A stretch of 64,000 bases of DNA, taken from NCBI RefSeq assembly GCF_009914755.1, contig NC_060938.1, one strand, 5' to 3'. Below, in pieces: positions 12,804-25,182 of the stretch (position 1 is its first letter; every line of letters begins with the position of its first letter). The notes under the pieces are model-generated. The model saw nothing but the letters and a program-made list of their open reading frames with translations, was not told where the DNA came from and did no database searches. Source of the stretch: the human T2T-CHM13v2.0 reference genome, Homo sapiens. The position numbers and the translations under genes were made by a program.

Positions 12804-13120
12804 TGTATTAGTTCATTTTCGCACTACTATAAAGAACCACCTGAGACTGAGTAATTTATAAAGAAAAGAGGTTTGACTCACAGTTCCACATGGCTGGGGA
12901 GGCCTCAGGAAACACAATCATGGAGGAAGGTGAAGGGGAAGCAAAGCATATCTTACAAGGTGGCAGGAGACGGAGGAGGGAGACTGCCACCCACTTTAAA
13001 CCATGAGATCTCATGAGAACCCCCATGATCTAATCACCTTCCACCAGGTCCCTCCTTCAACACACGGTGATTACAATTCGAGATGAGATTTGGGTGGGGA
13101 CACACAGCAAAACCATATCA
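12804..13120 (-). mobile_element. MSTA/THE1D-like solo LTR
   Basis: tgtattagttcattttcgcactactataaag...gatgagatttgggtggggacac...aaaccatatca. Confidence 0.85.
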
Positions 13121-13229
13121 GGTAGTCAGTATGCCAGCTTAATTTTTTAAGTTACTCATTTCAGATGTAAGCAAAAGTCATTAAGCCTTTCTAGAAAACC
13201 CCTTCTATTCCTATTCCCCCTCTTTCTAC

Positions 13230-13473
13230 ATCTTCTATGTGCTGATCAGATGGCTGGAGCTCTAGAAATCATATCATAAACATGGGATGAGGATCCATCC
13301 TAGAGATCATGGAATGTTGGGCCGCAAAGAGCCTAGGTCCCCAAAGACCTCATAAGCCCCACCACATCGGCCCTATACTGCCCTACAGTGTCCTCTTAGG
13401 TGACAGAAAAGTAAAGCCCTGCCTTGTTTAAACCAGTTTTCAGATCAGACAAGCACAGTTCCTGACTGATGCA
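13230..13473 (+). mobile_element. MLT1J/I-like LTR 3' part
   Basis: atggctggagctc...gagcctaggtccc...ttgtttaaacca...ttcctgactgatgca. Confidence 0.55.
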
Positions 13474-13576
13474 AACTCGTGGCATTGACTTGGAAAAGTT
13501 ATAGCCCCTTCATGTCTCAGTCTCTTCCCTTTAAAATTAGGTAAGAACATTAACCAGCATTAAAGAACACATAATA

Positions 13577-13775
13577 CAGTAGTTTTAAAATTTTGTTTAT
13601 TGAAATGATTGTGGCAGAGTTCAGAGGAGGAAAGGAATCCTTTACATGGATCTCTGAATTCTGCCAAACTTACTTGAATCAGAACAGCTCCTCTTCTTTT
13701 TGATGAGTTTCCTAGTAAGATTTCAGTTGGAGGGAAAAAAAAAACTTAAAGGCTAAAAGAATTTGAAAATCACTG
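13577..13775. mobile_element. hAT-Charlie-type MITE
   Basis: Imperfect terminal inverted repeats cagtagttttaaaattt / gaatttgaaaatcactg about 200 bp apart. Confidence 0.45.
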
Positions 13776-14433
13776 GCATAGAAAAACATTTAGGACACAT
13801 GGGGCATACCATTGCTCATGAGATTGTATTTTTCCAACGTTGCCAATGCATCTGGTGATGCCAGTTGGTTCCTCGGCAGGACCAATATTTCCCACCTGTA
13901 GACTAGCCTCAGGGAGCAGGATAGGGCCACTAAGCAGTGCAAAATGCCCTAATCATTGCAGGAATAAAACCAATCAACCCTGCTTCCTTCATCCTGTGCT
14001 CTAACCCCCTAAAGAATAACTAATGAACCTGAGAGTGGTGTGGTGTGGCAGCTGCTCTGTGAGGTGTTAGAGACCAGAGGCCTCTGAGGAGTCATGTGCA
14101 TTCAGAAGGTGTGTTGTCATTCAGTGGCTCTGAGCTCATCTTGGACCTTTGTTCACTCTGCGTGCTATCTCCATTCCCAGCTGCCAAACTCCAGACTCTG
14201 CCGGGGATGGTCAAGCTTTCCTTGACTTCCTTTCTCATGCTCTCAAACATCTCTAGACAAACACAGATTGTTAAAACAGATCATTCAGCTGAAATATATT
14301 CTATTTGCATCACATCTTACCTCTTTCTTTTCCCACTCTACTCTACCACCCCAACAACATGCCTGCAAATACACCCTTCTGAATGGGTTTTGGAATGATG
14401 ATGGGAGAAATAAAAGAGGAAAGATGACATTAA

Positions 14434-14886
<453 letters not shown>

Positions 14887-15029
14887 TGAACCAAGGCAAA
14901 TGCCCTTGTTGGAAGAGCTCGTTTCTCACCCCTTATCCCCTTCCTCCAAATTAGGGTCATATAACTGAGACACTATTTCTTCTATATGATCTTTAAAATT
15001 AGGTAACGTTGGAATGATCCCTGTTCATA

Positions 15030-15650
15030 GGATGCAAGGCTGGTTCAATGTTCAAGAATCAATCAATGTAATCCACCATATTAATAAATTAAAAGGAAAA
15101 AAATCACATGATCATATCAGTAGACACAGAAGACACTTGACAAAATTTGACACCTATTAATGATAAAAAAAAAAAACTCTCAGAAAACTAGGAATAGTGA
15201 GGAACCTTCTCAATCTGATAAAGAACATCTACAAAAAAACCACAACTAACATTATAATTATAGAAGACTGCTTTTCCCCTAAGATCACTTATAAGGCAAG
15301 CATGTCTGCAAGAATGTCTGCTCTCACCACTGCTGTCCAACTGTGATCTAGCCGGCTCAATAAGGCAAGAAAAGGAAATAAAAGGCATACAGATAAGAAA
15401 GGAAGGACTAAAATTATCTCTGTTTGCAGACGCAGTGATAGTTTGCATAGAAAATCTCAAGGAATCTACAAAAACCTTCCTTAAACTGAGTTCAGCAAGG
15501 TCACTGACATAAGATCAACATATGAAAATCAGTTGTGACAATTAAAAAGTGATTTGTATTTCTGTATTCTAAAAGTGAATATGTGGAAACATTATAAATA
15601 CAATACCATTTATAATCACTAAAAAAAAAAAATACATGAATGTAAAACGA
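15030..15650 (+). mobile_element. L1M ORF2 reverse-transcriptase fragment, degenerate
   Basis: gatgcaaggctggttcaat...tcaatcaatgtaatccaccatattaa...cacatgatcatatca encodes MQGWFN/SINVIHHIN/HMIIS motifs; later ttatctctgtttgcagac is the LSLFAD(D) region. Confidence 0.85.
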
Positions 15651-16829
15651 GATAGCAATGGACTGCCTGCTATTCACAGGTCTCTCAGTTGCTAGAAGGC
15701 CCCGTTCTGAGATAAGCCACCTCTCCACCCTGACACTAGTAAAGAGGTCAGAAAACCTTGAGTAAGGTTGGAGGTATTAATTTCGGGCAATTAATTACAT
15801 TCTTTCAGCATCCATCTCCCAGAAGTTTTCACTGGGAAAATCCTTTAGGAGGACATCCCCCATTAGCTATTCATTTTTCTTTTGCACTGACTGGAGAACG
15901 AAGCGACTGTCAGCTGTGTCACACAACTCGTCGAAATTCACCCCTGGGTGAAGTGATCCTCAAATAATTACCAAATGTAGTTCAGGTAACTGAATTAGTG
16001 AATTACATTGGCTCCTTTGAGATGAAAGACTCTTTAGGAATGTGAAATACTTTGGCTCTTTGTTATTAATAACCTGAACAATGAAAGAGCCCAAAGTAGT
16101 ATTCAATATGCTCCAGGAATGGAATGACTAAAATTAAAGAATGCAATTGATTTTCATTTTCCATACTTTTCATTTTCTATCCTTTTCATTTCAGTAGTCA
16201 GGACTGAATATGACAAGTCATCAAATCCCCTCTGATGTTAATAAGGCATCAACTACAGAGCTCCAAGAAGAGAAAAATCCAGTCGAAGTGTGGCAAGTTG
16301 TTGGTTCTCCTGCTCTCTATGATTTATTATCTTTTCTTCTTACCATCTCATTATGATACCTACAGGTAAAAACCTCCTACCTTGATCTGCTTCATTTTCT
16401 TCAACCTTAGTCTAATAATTCGACATTAAACATCTCAACTACCTTTGCATCCTTCAGACAAACAATCACGCCCATGAGTTGTGCTTAGCAGAGCAATGTA
16501 GGATGCCCTCGGCTTGGTGCTCCGCTGCAGGTCATCAATGCAGGGTGTGAGGATGACAGAGCCCAAAGGCAAATCCCAGGCAGACAGACCTGACCTTAAA
16601 GCAGGAGGAACGGGAAGTGGCAGGGAGGGGTTAAGGTTGACAAATCAAATCCTAGTCTACCTGAGGTTGGTAGAAAGGCTGAAGATGTTTGTGGGGATGT
16701 TAGGCCCTAATCATATTAGATATGGGGGCTGCATTTGTTGAATCAGATTTGCAGTTCCTCACCTTTAGTTTTCATTTGTAAAGTGTTGAGGGTTTTCTAT
16801 TTCTCTTTCTTGGTTTCAAAATACCTTTT

Positions 16830-18030
16830 AAAAGGTAATGTATTCATTTTGGAACTGGAATAGGTAATACATTCACATAGTTCATAATTCAAAAGGTATA
16901 CAATTATATAGAGTGAAACCTCCCTCCTACCCACAGGCACCAGCCACCCTGTTTCCCCTCTGAGGGCATCAGTGTCACTGACTGACTACTTTTTCTTGCA
17001 GAAATATCCAAGTGAATTTGTATAAGACACCACCCATGATCTTCTGTTTACACAAATAGTAACTCACTATTCTCTTCTGTACCTTGCTTTTTTTACTTAA
17101 TGTATTTTGGAGATGATGCCACATCATTTCACTATAAAAAGAACTCTTCAATCTTTTCCCTCAATCTTTTTTTTTATGACTAGTAATTCATTACATTAGA
17201 CAAATGGGATCATTTGTCTAACTACTCTTCCATTGATGATCATTTACATTACTTCCAATTTTTTGGTACTACAAACAATGCTGCAATGATTAACCTTATT
17301 CATAAATGATTTCCATGCATAAGAGTGTGTCTGTAATTTAATATAATTGCTATTAAGCATTATGAATATTTAAGTATTATAAGTAATCTCTAGAAATAAA
17401 ATTGTTGAATCAATGAGTATGTATATTTGTAATTTCAATAAATATTGCCAAATTGCCCACCTATATCACCTGATATAATGTCCTTTGCTCATTTTTCTAT
17501 TGGTTTCTTCATCTTTTCCTTACTAACTAGGATTCATTGTGTACCAGTGAGTTGCAAATATGTTTCTCAACTTGTCCATTGACTTTTGACTTGCTATTGT
17601 CATTTTTGCATGCAGATATTTTTTAAAGCACAGCTGAATTTTTCAGTCTTTATTTTATGACTCCTGTAATTTGTGTCATGTTTTAAAAGGTTTTTTAAGC
17701 TATAAATTACAACAAAAAATCTTTTATGATTTCTTTCATATTTTATGGTTTCACATGTTTGTAAAATCTCTGACCCACCCATCTGAGATTTATTTGGCAA
17801 GGTGTGAGGTATAGCTCTAACTTTTAACGTTTATTTACTGTTATAGCTGACTACCCTGTTGTCCAGACGCCATTAATAAAAACTCCAGTTTTCCCCCACT
17901 GATTTGAAATGAGGTGTTTTTTTTTTTATCATATGCTAAATCCCTGTATGTATTTGGGTCTACTTCTTGATTTCCTATTCCATTTCATTGCTCTATTCAT
18001 GTGCCAGCGGAACCCAGATTTAATTTTTTA
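16830..18030 (-). mobile_element. L1ME-like 3' fragment
   Basis: taatacattcacatagttc...tcttccattgatgatcattta...tactacaaacaatgctgcaatga...cccccactgatttgaaatg. Confidence 0.7.
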
Positions 18031-18711
18031 AAACTTAACTACAATTAATTGCACTTTAATTTTTAAAACTTTATGTATCTCCCCAAAGTGACTTTTTCTT
18101 GGGGTCAGAGATTGAATGGAAATGAAGTTTTCTGTCTGTGTCTCGTGACTTTGTTTACTTCCCCTTGCATAGCTCACCGCCAAATTTTTCTTAATCTTCC
18201 AGGAAAATAAGTGTAGCCTGTACTATCGGAGTGGTAGGGTCAAATAAACAAAATAAGTGTGGGCTTATAAGGAGATGACCATAAGAATACTGTATTTCCC
18301 TTTTCCAGATCCCATTGCATGACAGACTCACAAGGGACATGCTTATTCATTTCTAAGACCACAACTTTAAAATCAAGTTATGTTTAATAAACATTAATAA
18401 ATGTTTACTTAAAAGGTTTAATAAACATTTACTACATGGCAAATTATTTTAGCTAGAATGCTTTTGGCTTCAAGTCATAGAAACCAGATTCAAATACCCT
18501 TAAACAATTTTTAAAAATTCATTGATGGGGATAACTGTAATCCCCAAGGGGAAGAGGGTTGGGTAGACAGGTTCAGTGGCCAGCCCAGTTATTACAGATT
18601 CAGACTCTTACCATCTTTCTGCTCTGCCACCCTCAGTCATTGGCTCCATTCTCAGGCTGCGCATGGCAAGATGGCTTTGGACATAACAACACCCTGAGGA
18701 AGAAGAGAAAG

Positions 18712-19444
<733 letters not shown>

Positions 19445-19814
19445 AAAAGCATTTTTTCATTTCTTAGGAGCAAGAAAACATTTCTCAGAAGTCTCCCATG
19501 TCTTGTGGGCCAGAATTGGGTGACATGCCCATTCTTGAATCAATCACTGGCAAGGAAATATGATTGCTCTTAGATCAATCAGATCCACCCTTGGGCTGGG
19601 GAAGGGTAAGTTTCCCCTAAGCACATGGCTGCTTGGAAGCGAGTGGATATTGCTGAAAACCTGGATTCCAGTAGTAATGGAGGGGGCTGATGGATGCTGA
19701 TAATGAGTCTGCCCAGTTTCCCTCTCTCATTCCTCCTCCTGGCTGGTTTCTTTTGTTAGACATCCAAGTGTGCCCCTTAATATGTATTGAGTATCTGAAT
19801 GTATTCACTGCAAA

Positions 19815-20200
19815 TTCACTTATTTAATAAATGTTTATTGAACTCCTACCATCTGCCCAATACTGTGCAAGGAGCTGAGGACTAGAAGAAGGAAAAATGG
19901 GGATCCTGATTTCAATGAGGTAATAGGAGAAGCAGAAAATTAAGGAATTCCATAGTACAGTGATGAGTGTTACATACTTACAAGAGTGCTATGGGGATCT
20001 AAAGAACGAGCAACTTCCTGAAGGAGGGTAGAACAAATGGGGAATATTCTAGGTGAGCTTTGACAGATGAGTAGGTAAACAAGGGGGAAGGACATCCCAG
20101 GCAGGGGAAATAGCTTGTACAAGGGACCAAGAGGGCATTGGCATGGCATGCTCAGGTTACTGTAAGTTTCTCGTATGTCAAGCTATAGGATTAACATGGG
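19815..20200 (-). mobile_element. L2 3' fragment
   Basis: ttaataaatgtttattgaactcctacc...tactgtgcaagg...ggacatcccaggcagggg. Confidence 0.65.
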
Positions 20201-21106
20201 GTAAGGTGCTGTTTTACTCAGGGCATGATGGTACCAGGGTCAGGGGCTTCCAGCCTGGCTAAGAACCTCAGTTTGTACTGGTTAAGAGACATCATCAGTG
20301 GATGCCATCCCTGAGAGGTTCTGACAGCAGTTAGAGTTAATTGTAGCATTTAGTCACAAACACCAGATTTGTCACAAACACCAGTCAATTTTCTGTGGTC
20401 ACAGACCACATTTCAGAGACCCTGAAATCTTCCTTTCATCTCACAATTGAGCTTCTTGCGAAAGTAATCTACACTTAAAATCTTCTTCGTCTCCATTTAA
20501 TCCTCTACCACTTATGTTGATAACATAGTGGTTGTTCCTGCTACGGTCACCTGTGGCCTCAATAATTGCAAGACACAAAACAAAACAAACCACCACCAAC
20601 AGGGAAAATGACTCTTCTACTCTTCTACATTCTACCTTCTGATGACACTCAACTATTTAAAATTCACTAAGGATATTAACAGCTTTGGAGACCCCAGATA
20701 CAGAGAACAGTATGGTGTTACTCTTCCACTTCAGTAAAATTAAAACAATCCTAAATCATAAGTTTTCCTATAAGAACTTCAATTTTATTTTAATATCAAA
20801 TTCTTTTAAAAAAAATACCTCTCTCTCCCCACTTCCTCCATGAGTGCCTCTGCTTTGTTGCTTGTTTAAGTCATGTATGATCCACCAACTGAGTAACCCA
20901 GCAATGAACACATTGGTGCCTTGTTTATTGTGGGTTGAATGGTATCTCCCTAAAAGATATGTCTTCCCAGAACCTCAGAATGTGACCTTATTTGGAACAA
21001 GGGTCTTTATAGATGTAATTAAGGTAAGGATTTCTAGATGAGCTCATCCTGGATTAGGATGGGCCCTAACTGCAATGATAAGCGTTCCTCATAAGAAACA
21101 GAAAAG

Positions 21107-21433
21107 GGCTGGGCACAGCGGCTCACGCCTGTAATCCTGGCACTTTGTGGGGCCGAGGCGGGTGGATCACGAGGTCAGGAGATGGAGACCATCCTGGCTA
21201 ACACAGTGAAACCCTGTCTCTACTAAAAATACAAAAAATTAGCCGGGCGCGGTGGCGGGCGCCTGTAGCCTGTAGTCCCAGCTACTCGGGAGGCTGAGGC
21301 AGGAGAATGGCGCGAACCCGGGAGGCGGAGCTTGCACCCGGGAGGCGGAGCTTGCAATGAGCTGAGATCAGGCCACTGCACTCCAGCCTGGGCGACAGAG
21401 TGAGACTCCATCTCAAAAAAAAAAAAAGAAAAA
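21107..21433 (+). mobile_element. AluY with two internal tandem duplications
   Basis: Y diagnostics (gagaccatcctggctaacac, ggcggagcttgca); TSD aagaaacagaaaag at 21093-21106 and 21434-21447. Confidence 0.95.
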
Positions 21434-21722
21434 AAGAAACAGAAAAGGAAAATACAGAGACATGTGAAGAAAGGCTATGTGAAGAGGGAACGAGAGATTG
21501 AAGAATGTGTCTATAAGGCAAGGAACATTAGGATTGCTGAGAGCCACCAGAAAGCTAGGAGACAGGCATAGAACAGTTTCTCTTCACAACCTCAGAGAGA
21601 ATCAACCCTCCTGACACCTTAAGTTTGGATTCTTGTCTCCAGAACTGTGAGAGAACATATTTCTATCGTCTTAAGCCACCACATTTATGGTAACTTATTA
21701 CAGCAGTCCTGGGAAACTAATA

Positions 21723-22061
21723 CAGTCAACCCTCAGTATCTGTGGGAGCTTACTTCCAGGACCCCCACAAATACCAAAATCTATGGATGCTCAAGTCCCT
21801 GATATAAAATGCCATAGTATTTGCATATAATCTATGCACATCCTCCTGTACACTTTAAATCATCTCCAGATTGCATACAATACCTGGTACAATGTAAATG
21901 CAATGTAAATAGTTGTTATTCTGTATTGTTTAGGGAATAATGACAAGAAAAAAGTCTGCACATGTTCACTACAGACACAACCATTACAGGCCTAACTACA
22001 GTTTCAATCCTAGGCTGGCTAAATCTGTGGATGCAGAACCTGTAGATAGAAAGGCTGACTG
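21723..22061. mobile_element. MER2 (Tigger family)
   Basis: cagtcaaccctcagtatctgtggg...ggatgctcaagtccctgatataaaatg...gatagaaaggctgactg inverted ends. Confidence 0.88.
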
Positions 22062-22609
22062 CACATTGTTCTCTAACATTTTGAATTAAAAACAGAACTT
22101 TTGCTTGTAAGAAAAACAAATTCAGTCTACTTGTCGCAGGAAGAGAGGGATTTATTTTAAAGAATGGTAATCTCACAGGACACAAAGATAAGGAGCAAGG
22201 GGAGTTGTTGCCATCAAGGGGAGCTGACTCTCCAAGTCTGCCCCCTTCCCCTCTCTCATCCTCTCTTCTGGTTGCTTCTTTTGCTTTTACACACTCTCTG
22301 GGAATACGTGGCTCATCAAGTGGCTTCAGTCCCAAGTCTCCATAAACTTGAAGCTCACTCACCACCTGTAACTAACTTCATCTGTCAGCATGTCAATTAC
22401 AAATTTTAAGGCAAGAAACTGGATTGGCTTGAATTACCAAGGGCTGAACCTCTGATCAGCCACTGCAGGCCCATCCCTGGCCAGTTATAGCATAGGAGAG
22501 GTGGAGTCCTTCAGTTCAGAGAAATGCCCCTTCCATGGGCCACAGGAGGATCCCCCAGCCAAGGCCACAGGAGGGCAGGCAAAGCTTGGTCTCTCGGATG
22601 TCATCTGGT

Positions 22610-22750
22610 CATTTGTCTGCCTCCCTCTCTAGATTGTAAACCACCTGAGGGCAAGAAATTCATGTTGTGTTGTCCATCATAGTCTCCAACGAGTACAGGT
22701 CTTGGTGCCTGAGACATAGGAGATACTCAAGATAAGTTTGTTTAATAACA
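22610..22750 (+). mobile_element. L2 3' end
   Basis: ctagattgtaaaccacctgagggcaaga...gtgcctgagacatagg. Confidence 0.65.
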
Positions 22751-24484
22751 AGTAGTTGAGTCTTATAGAATTTTATCTACTAAACAGACCAAAAAAAAAA
22801 AAAAACGGTAAATGTTTATAGTGCTCGCTCTATTCTTTCTTGACAAAATGGTAATTTTAAAGCTGGCTTCTTCCCATTAGTTCGCTCTTATAAACAGCAA
22901 AGAGGTTATCTCTATGTATTTGATAAAATGGCACTCACAGATCCACACAACTCCCCTTGGTCCATGCTGAGTGTGTCTAAGGTAAGCTCCTCCCTGACCC
23001 ACACTCTCTCTGTTGATGTCTAAACTCCATAATCTTATGGCTTCCACTAAGATTCTCCTTGACAGAGAGCTCAGGCAAAGATGTCATTGGGCCATCTTTT
23101 GCCTCTAGGTATGGGTTTTCTTTCCTTCCCTTTAAAAAAAAAAATGGATTTTTTCCCCAGAGAAGATCTTATGACAAAAGCAATCTGATGGGAAAATCCA
23201 GTGGAAGCTTCTTCGGGAGCCTGCTTAGCTTTTCCAGAACATTTTCCTTTGCTTTAGCTATAGCTGGTTTATTGAAGCTCTTTCCTAGTAGTCTCTCACT
23301 TGTGTCTAACCTTGCCCAGTACACAGGACTGTGCCAAGACCTGTTGGAGATCAGAAATTTAAAAGGACTAGGTGGATACATAATCTATGCCATCAAACAG
23401 CTCACAGAGTGTGGGGAATCCTGCTGGGCCACTACTCAGAGTGGGCCCAGCGATCATCAGCACCTCACCAGTGTGAGATTTGCAAACTAAAAGGGTTATA
23501 GCTCAAGAAACTACACTTCTCAGTCTGGTGGGGAAAAGATGCTCATTATAGTATCAGAAGGACAGACTTAGCCATGGGCAGGGGAGGAGAGAAACAAGAA
23601 GATTCCTAAACCCATTCTCTTTCTTCCAAGTCAGACATCCCCCTTGGTTCATCTGAAGGCTGTAATCCCCCCAAAGATGTCATTAAAGCAGCCCCAAGGG
23701 AGAAAAATTAGGAAGGGAGCAAGTATAGAGGCTACATTATACTCTGCAAAGCATGGACATAATAATTTCTCCAATGGTGAATTAGAATGATAATGTCTGT
23801 CTCCAAACTACAGCTATTTCCAAATTTAAATATTAATCACCTCTTCTCTCCCTTGTAGGCACAGCAAGGGAGGCTGGGTGCTGCCAAAGGGTTGTGAAAT
23901 GGTAGACCCTCAGGCAAAGGTGAAACATTATTGCAACCCACACTCACACCTGCATAGTCTCACACACACAGAGCACATACACACTTATTGCTTGCACTTG
24001 TCCAGAGAGACAAATGGCCCAATTGCCAGCAACCGGTGCCTCAGTCCAGCTCCCTGCTGGCTGCATTTCCAGACAGCCAAAGCCCCTGCCCAGTATTAGC
24101 CATGTGCTCACTTCCTCCGGCATTCCCATCCCCAGCTCACGAAGGTGGCTAAGACAGTCTGGGGTCGCCTGCGTAGGGATGAGGGATGAAGGCCACGGTT
24201 CCCATTAGGTACTCAATAGCTGTCAGTTAGTAGACAAATACGTGAATGAATGGGACCATTGGGCGGTTTGACTATCATTAGGGCAGAGTCCACACACTCT
24301 GTCTTAGGGCCTTCGTTGCCCACAGAAAAGGCCTCAGACAGGCAACCCAGATGAAACACAGAATCTCTCCTCACTGGGAAATTACCCTCCCACACCCACC
24401 TACCCCTTTCCCTGTCATCCCTCAACCTGGTGAAAGCTCCAGCCAGCCCAGACAGTGTCACACCCACTCCAGCTCCCTTCCTAG

Positions 24485-24565
24485 TCATTTATTCACTCAT
24501 TCAACAAACATTTACAGGCAGCTACTGTGTGTCAGCCACTGTGCCAGCCCTGGAAATACAGGAAT
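24485..24565 (-). mobile_element. L2 3' end
   Basis: attcactcattcaacaaacatttac...tactgtgtgtcagccactgtgc. Confidence 0.65.
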
Positions 24566-25167
24566 GCCACACAGCCTGCTTGTCGGGCCCTGCTGGGGAG
24601 AGGGTAGAAGCTGTCCCCATCCTTTCATGCCAGGTGTGCTCCACACAAGACCATCTCTTCAGAGAACCATGGTACCTGTATTTCGTCCTTCTGAACCCTC
24701 ACCCTGGTGCAGAAGCAGTGGCTCAGAAAATCTGTCCTTTCACTTGCATTGTAGGATTTTTCTTTTTCAAAGCAGCAGCAGTCGCAAGCAGCCTTACCTT
24801 CCAAGAAGACTTTGACTCAGGCTACTATTCACATGTATTTGCATTTCCTTTGTACACATGGTTGGGAAGCTGATGGGGAAGAGTTTTGCCAGGGGATGAA
24901 AATGCTTTCTGGGCCAGTCCTCAAAGTACTATCGCAATTGCCAATGTGAAATCAAGAAGCAACTTGTTTAGCTCATATCTAGGTAAAATCTGGGGTTACT
25001 CCCACCCTGGTTCTTGTTGTCGACAGCCTCACAGCTCCTTGTCTGGCCTGTGTATCTGTTCAAGTCACGTGGGGGTAAGCTGTATTTTGTCCTGGTCTTC
25101 CATGCACTGGAAATTTTCTTTCTCCTCTAATTCTTCAGGTTTTGGTCATTTTTAGAGAGCTCTACGG

Positions 25168-25182
25168 GCACCCTCTGGTGGC
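25168..25182 (-). promoter_or_regulatory. CTCF core-like motif
   Basis: Minus strand reads GCCACCAGAGGGTGC, close to CCACCAGRKGGCRC. Confidence 0.5.

Larger units (their letters stand above)
20926..22065 (+). mobile_element. MLT1B/C solo LTR carrying AluY and MER2 insertions
   Basis: tattgtgggttgaat...gtgaccttatttgga...ccagaactgtgagaga...ggaaactaata; 5-bp TSD ttgtt at 20921-20925 and 22066-22070. Confidence 0.85.

Noticed and set aside
15030-15650. Reverse-transcriptase-like coding sequence
   Set aside because: Frameshifted L1 ORF2 remnant, not a novel RT system
23059-23490. 143-aa ORF in non-repeat DNA
   Set aside because: Starts at TTG, no recognisable domain, no supporting exon structure
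24351-24873. Overlapping 154-aa and 147-aa ORFs
   Set aside because: Span an L2 remnant; composition looks random and no homology recognised
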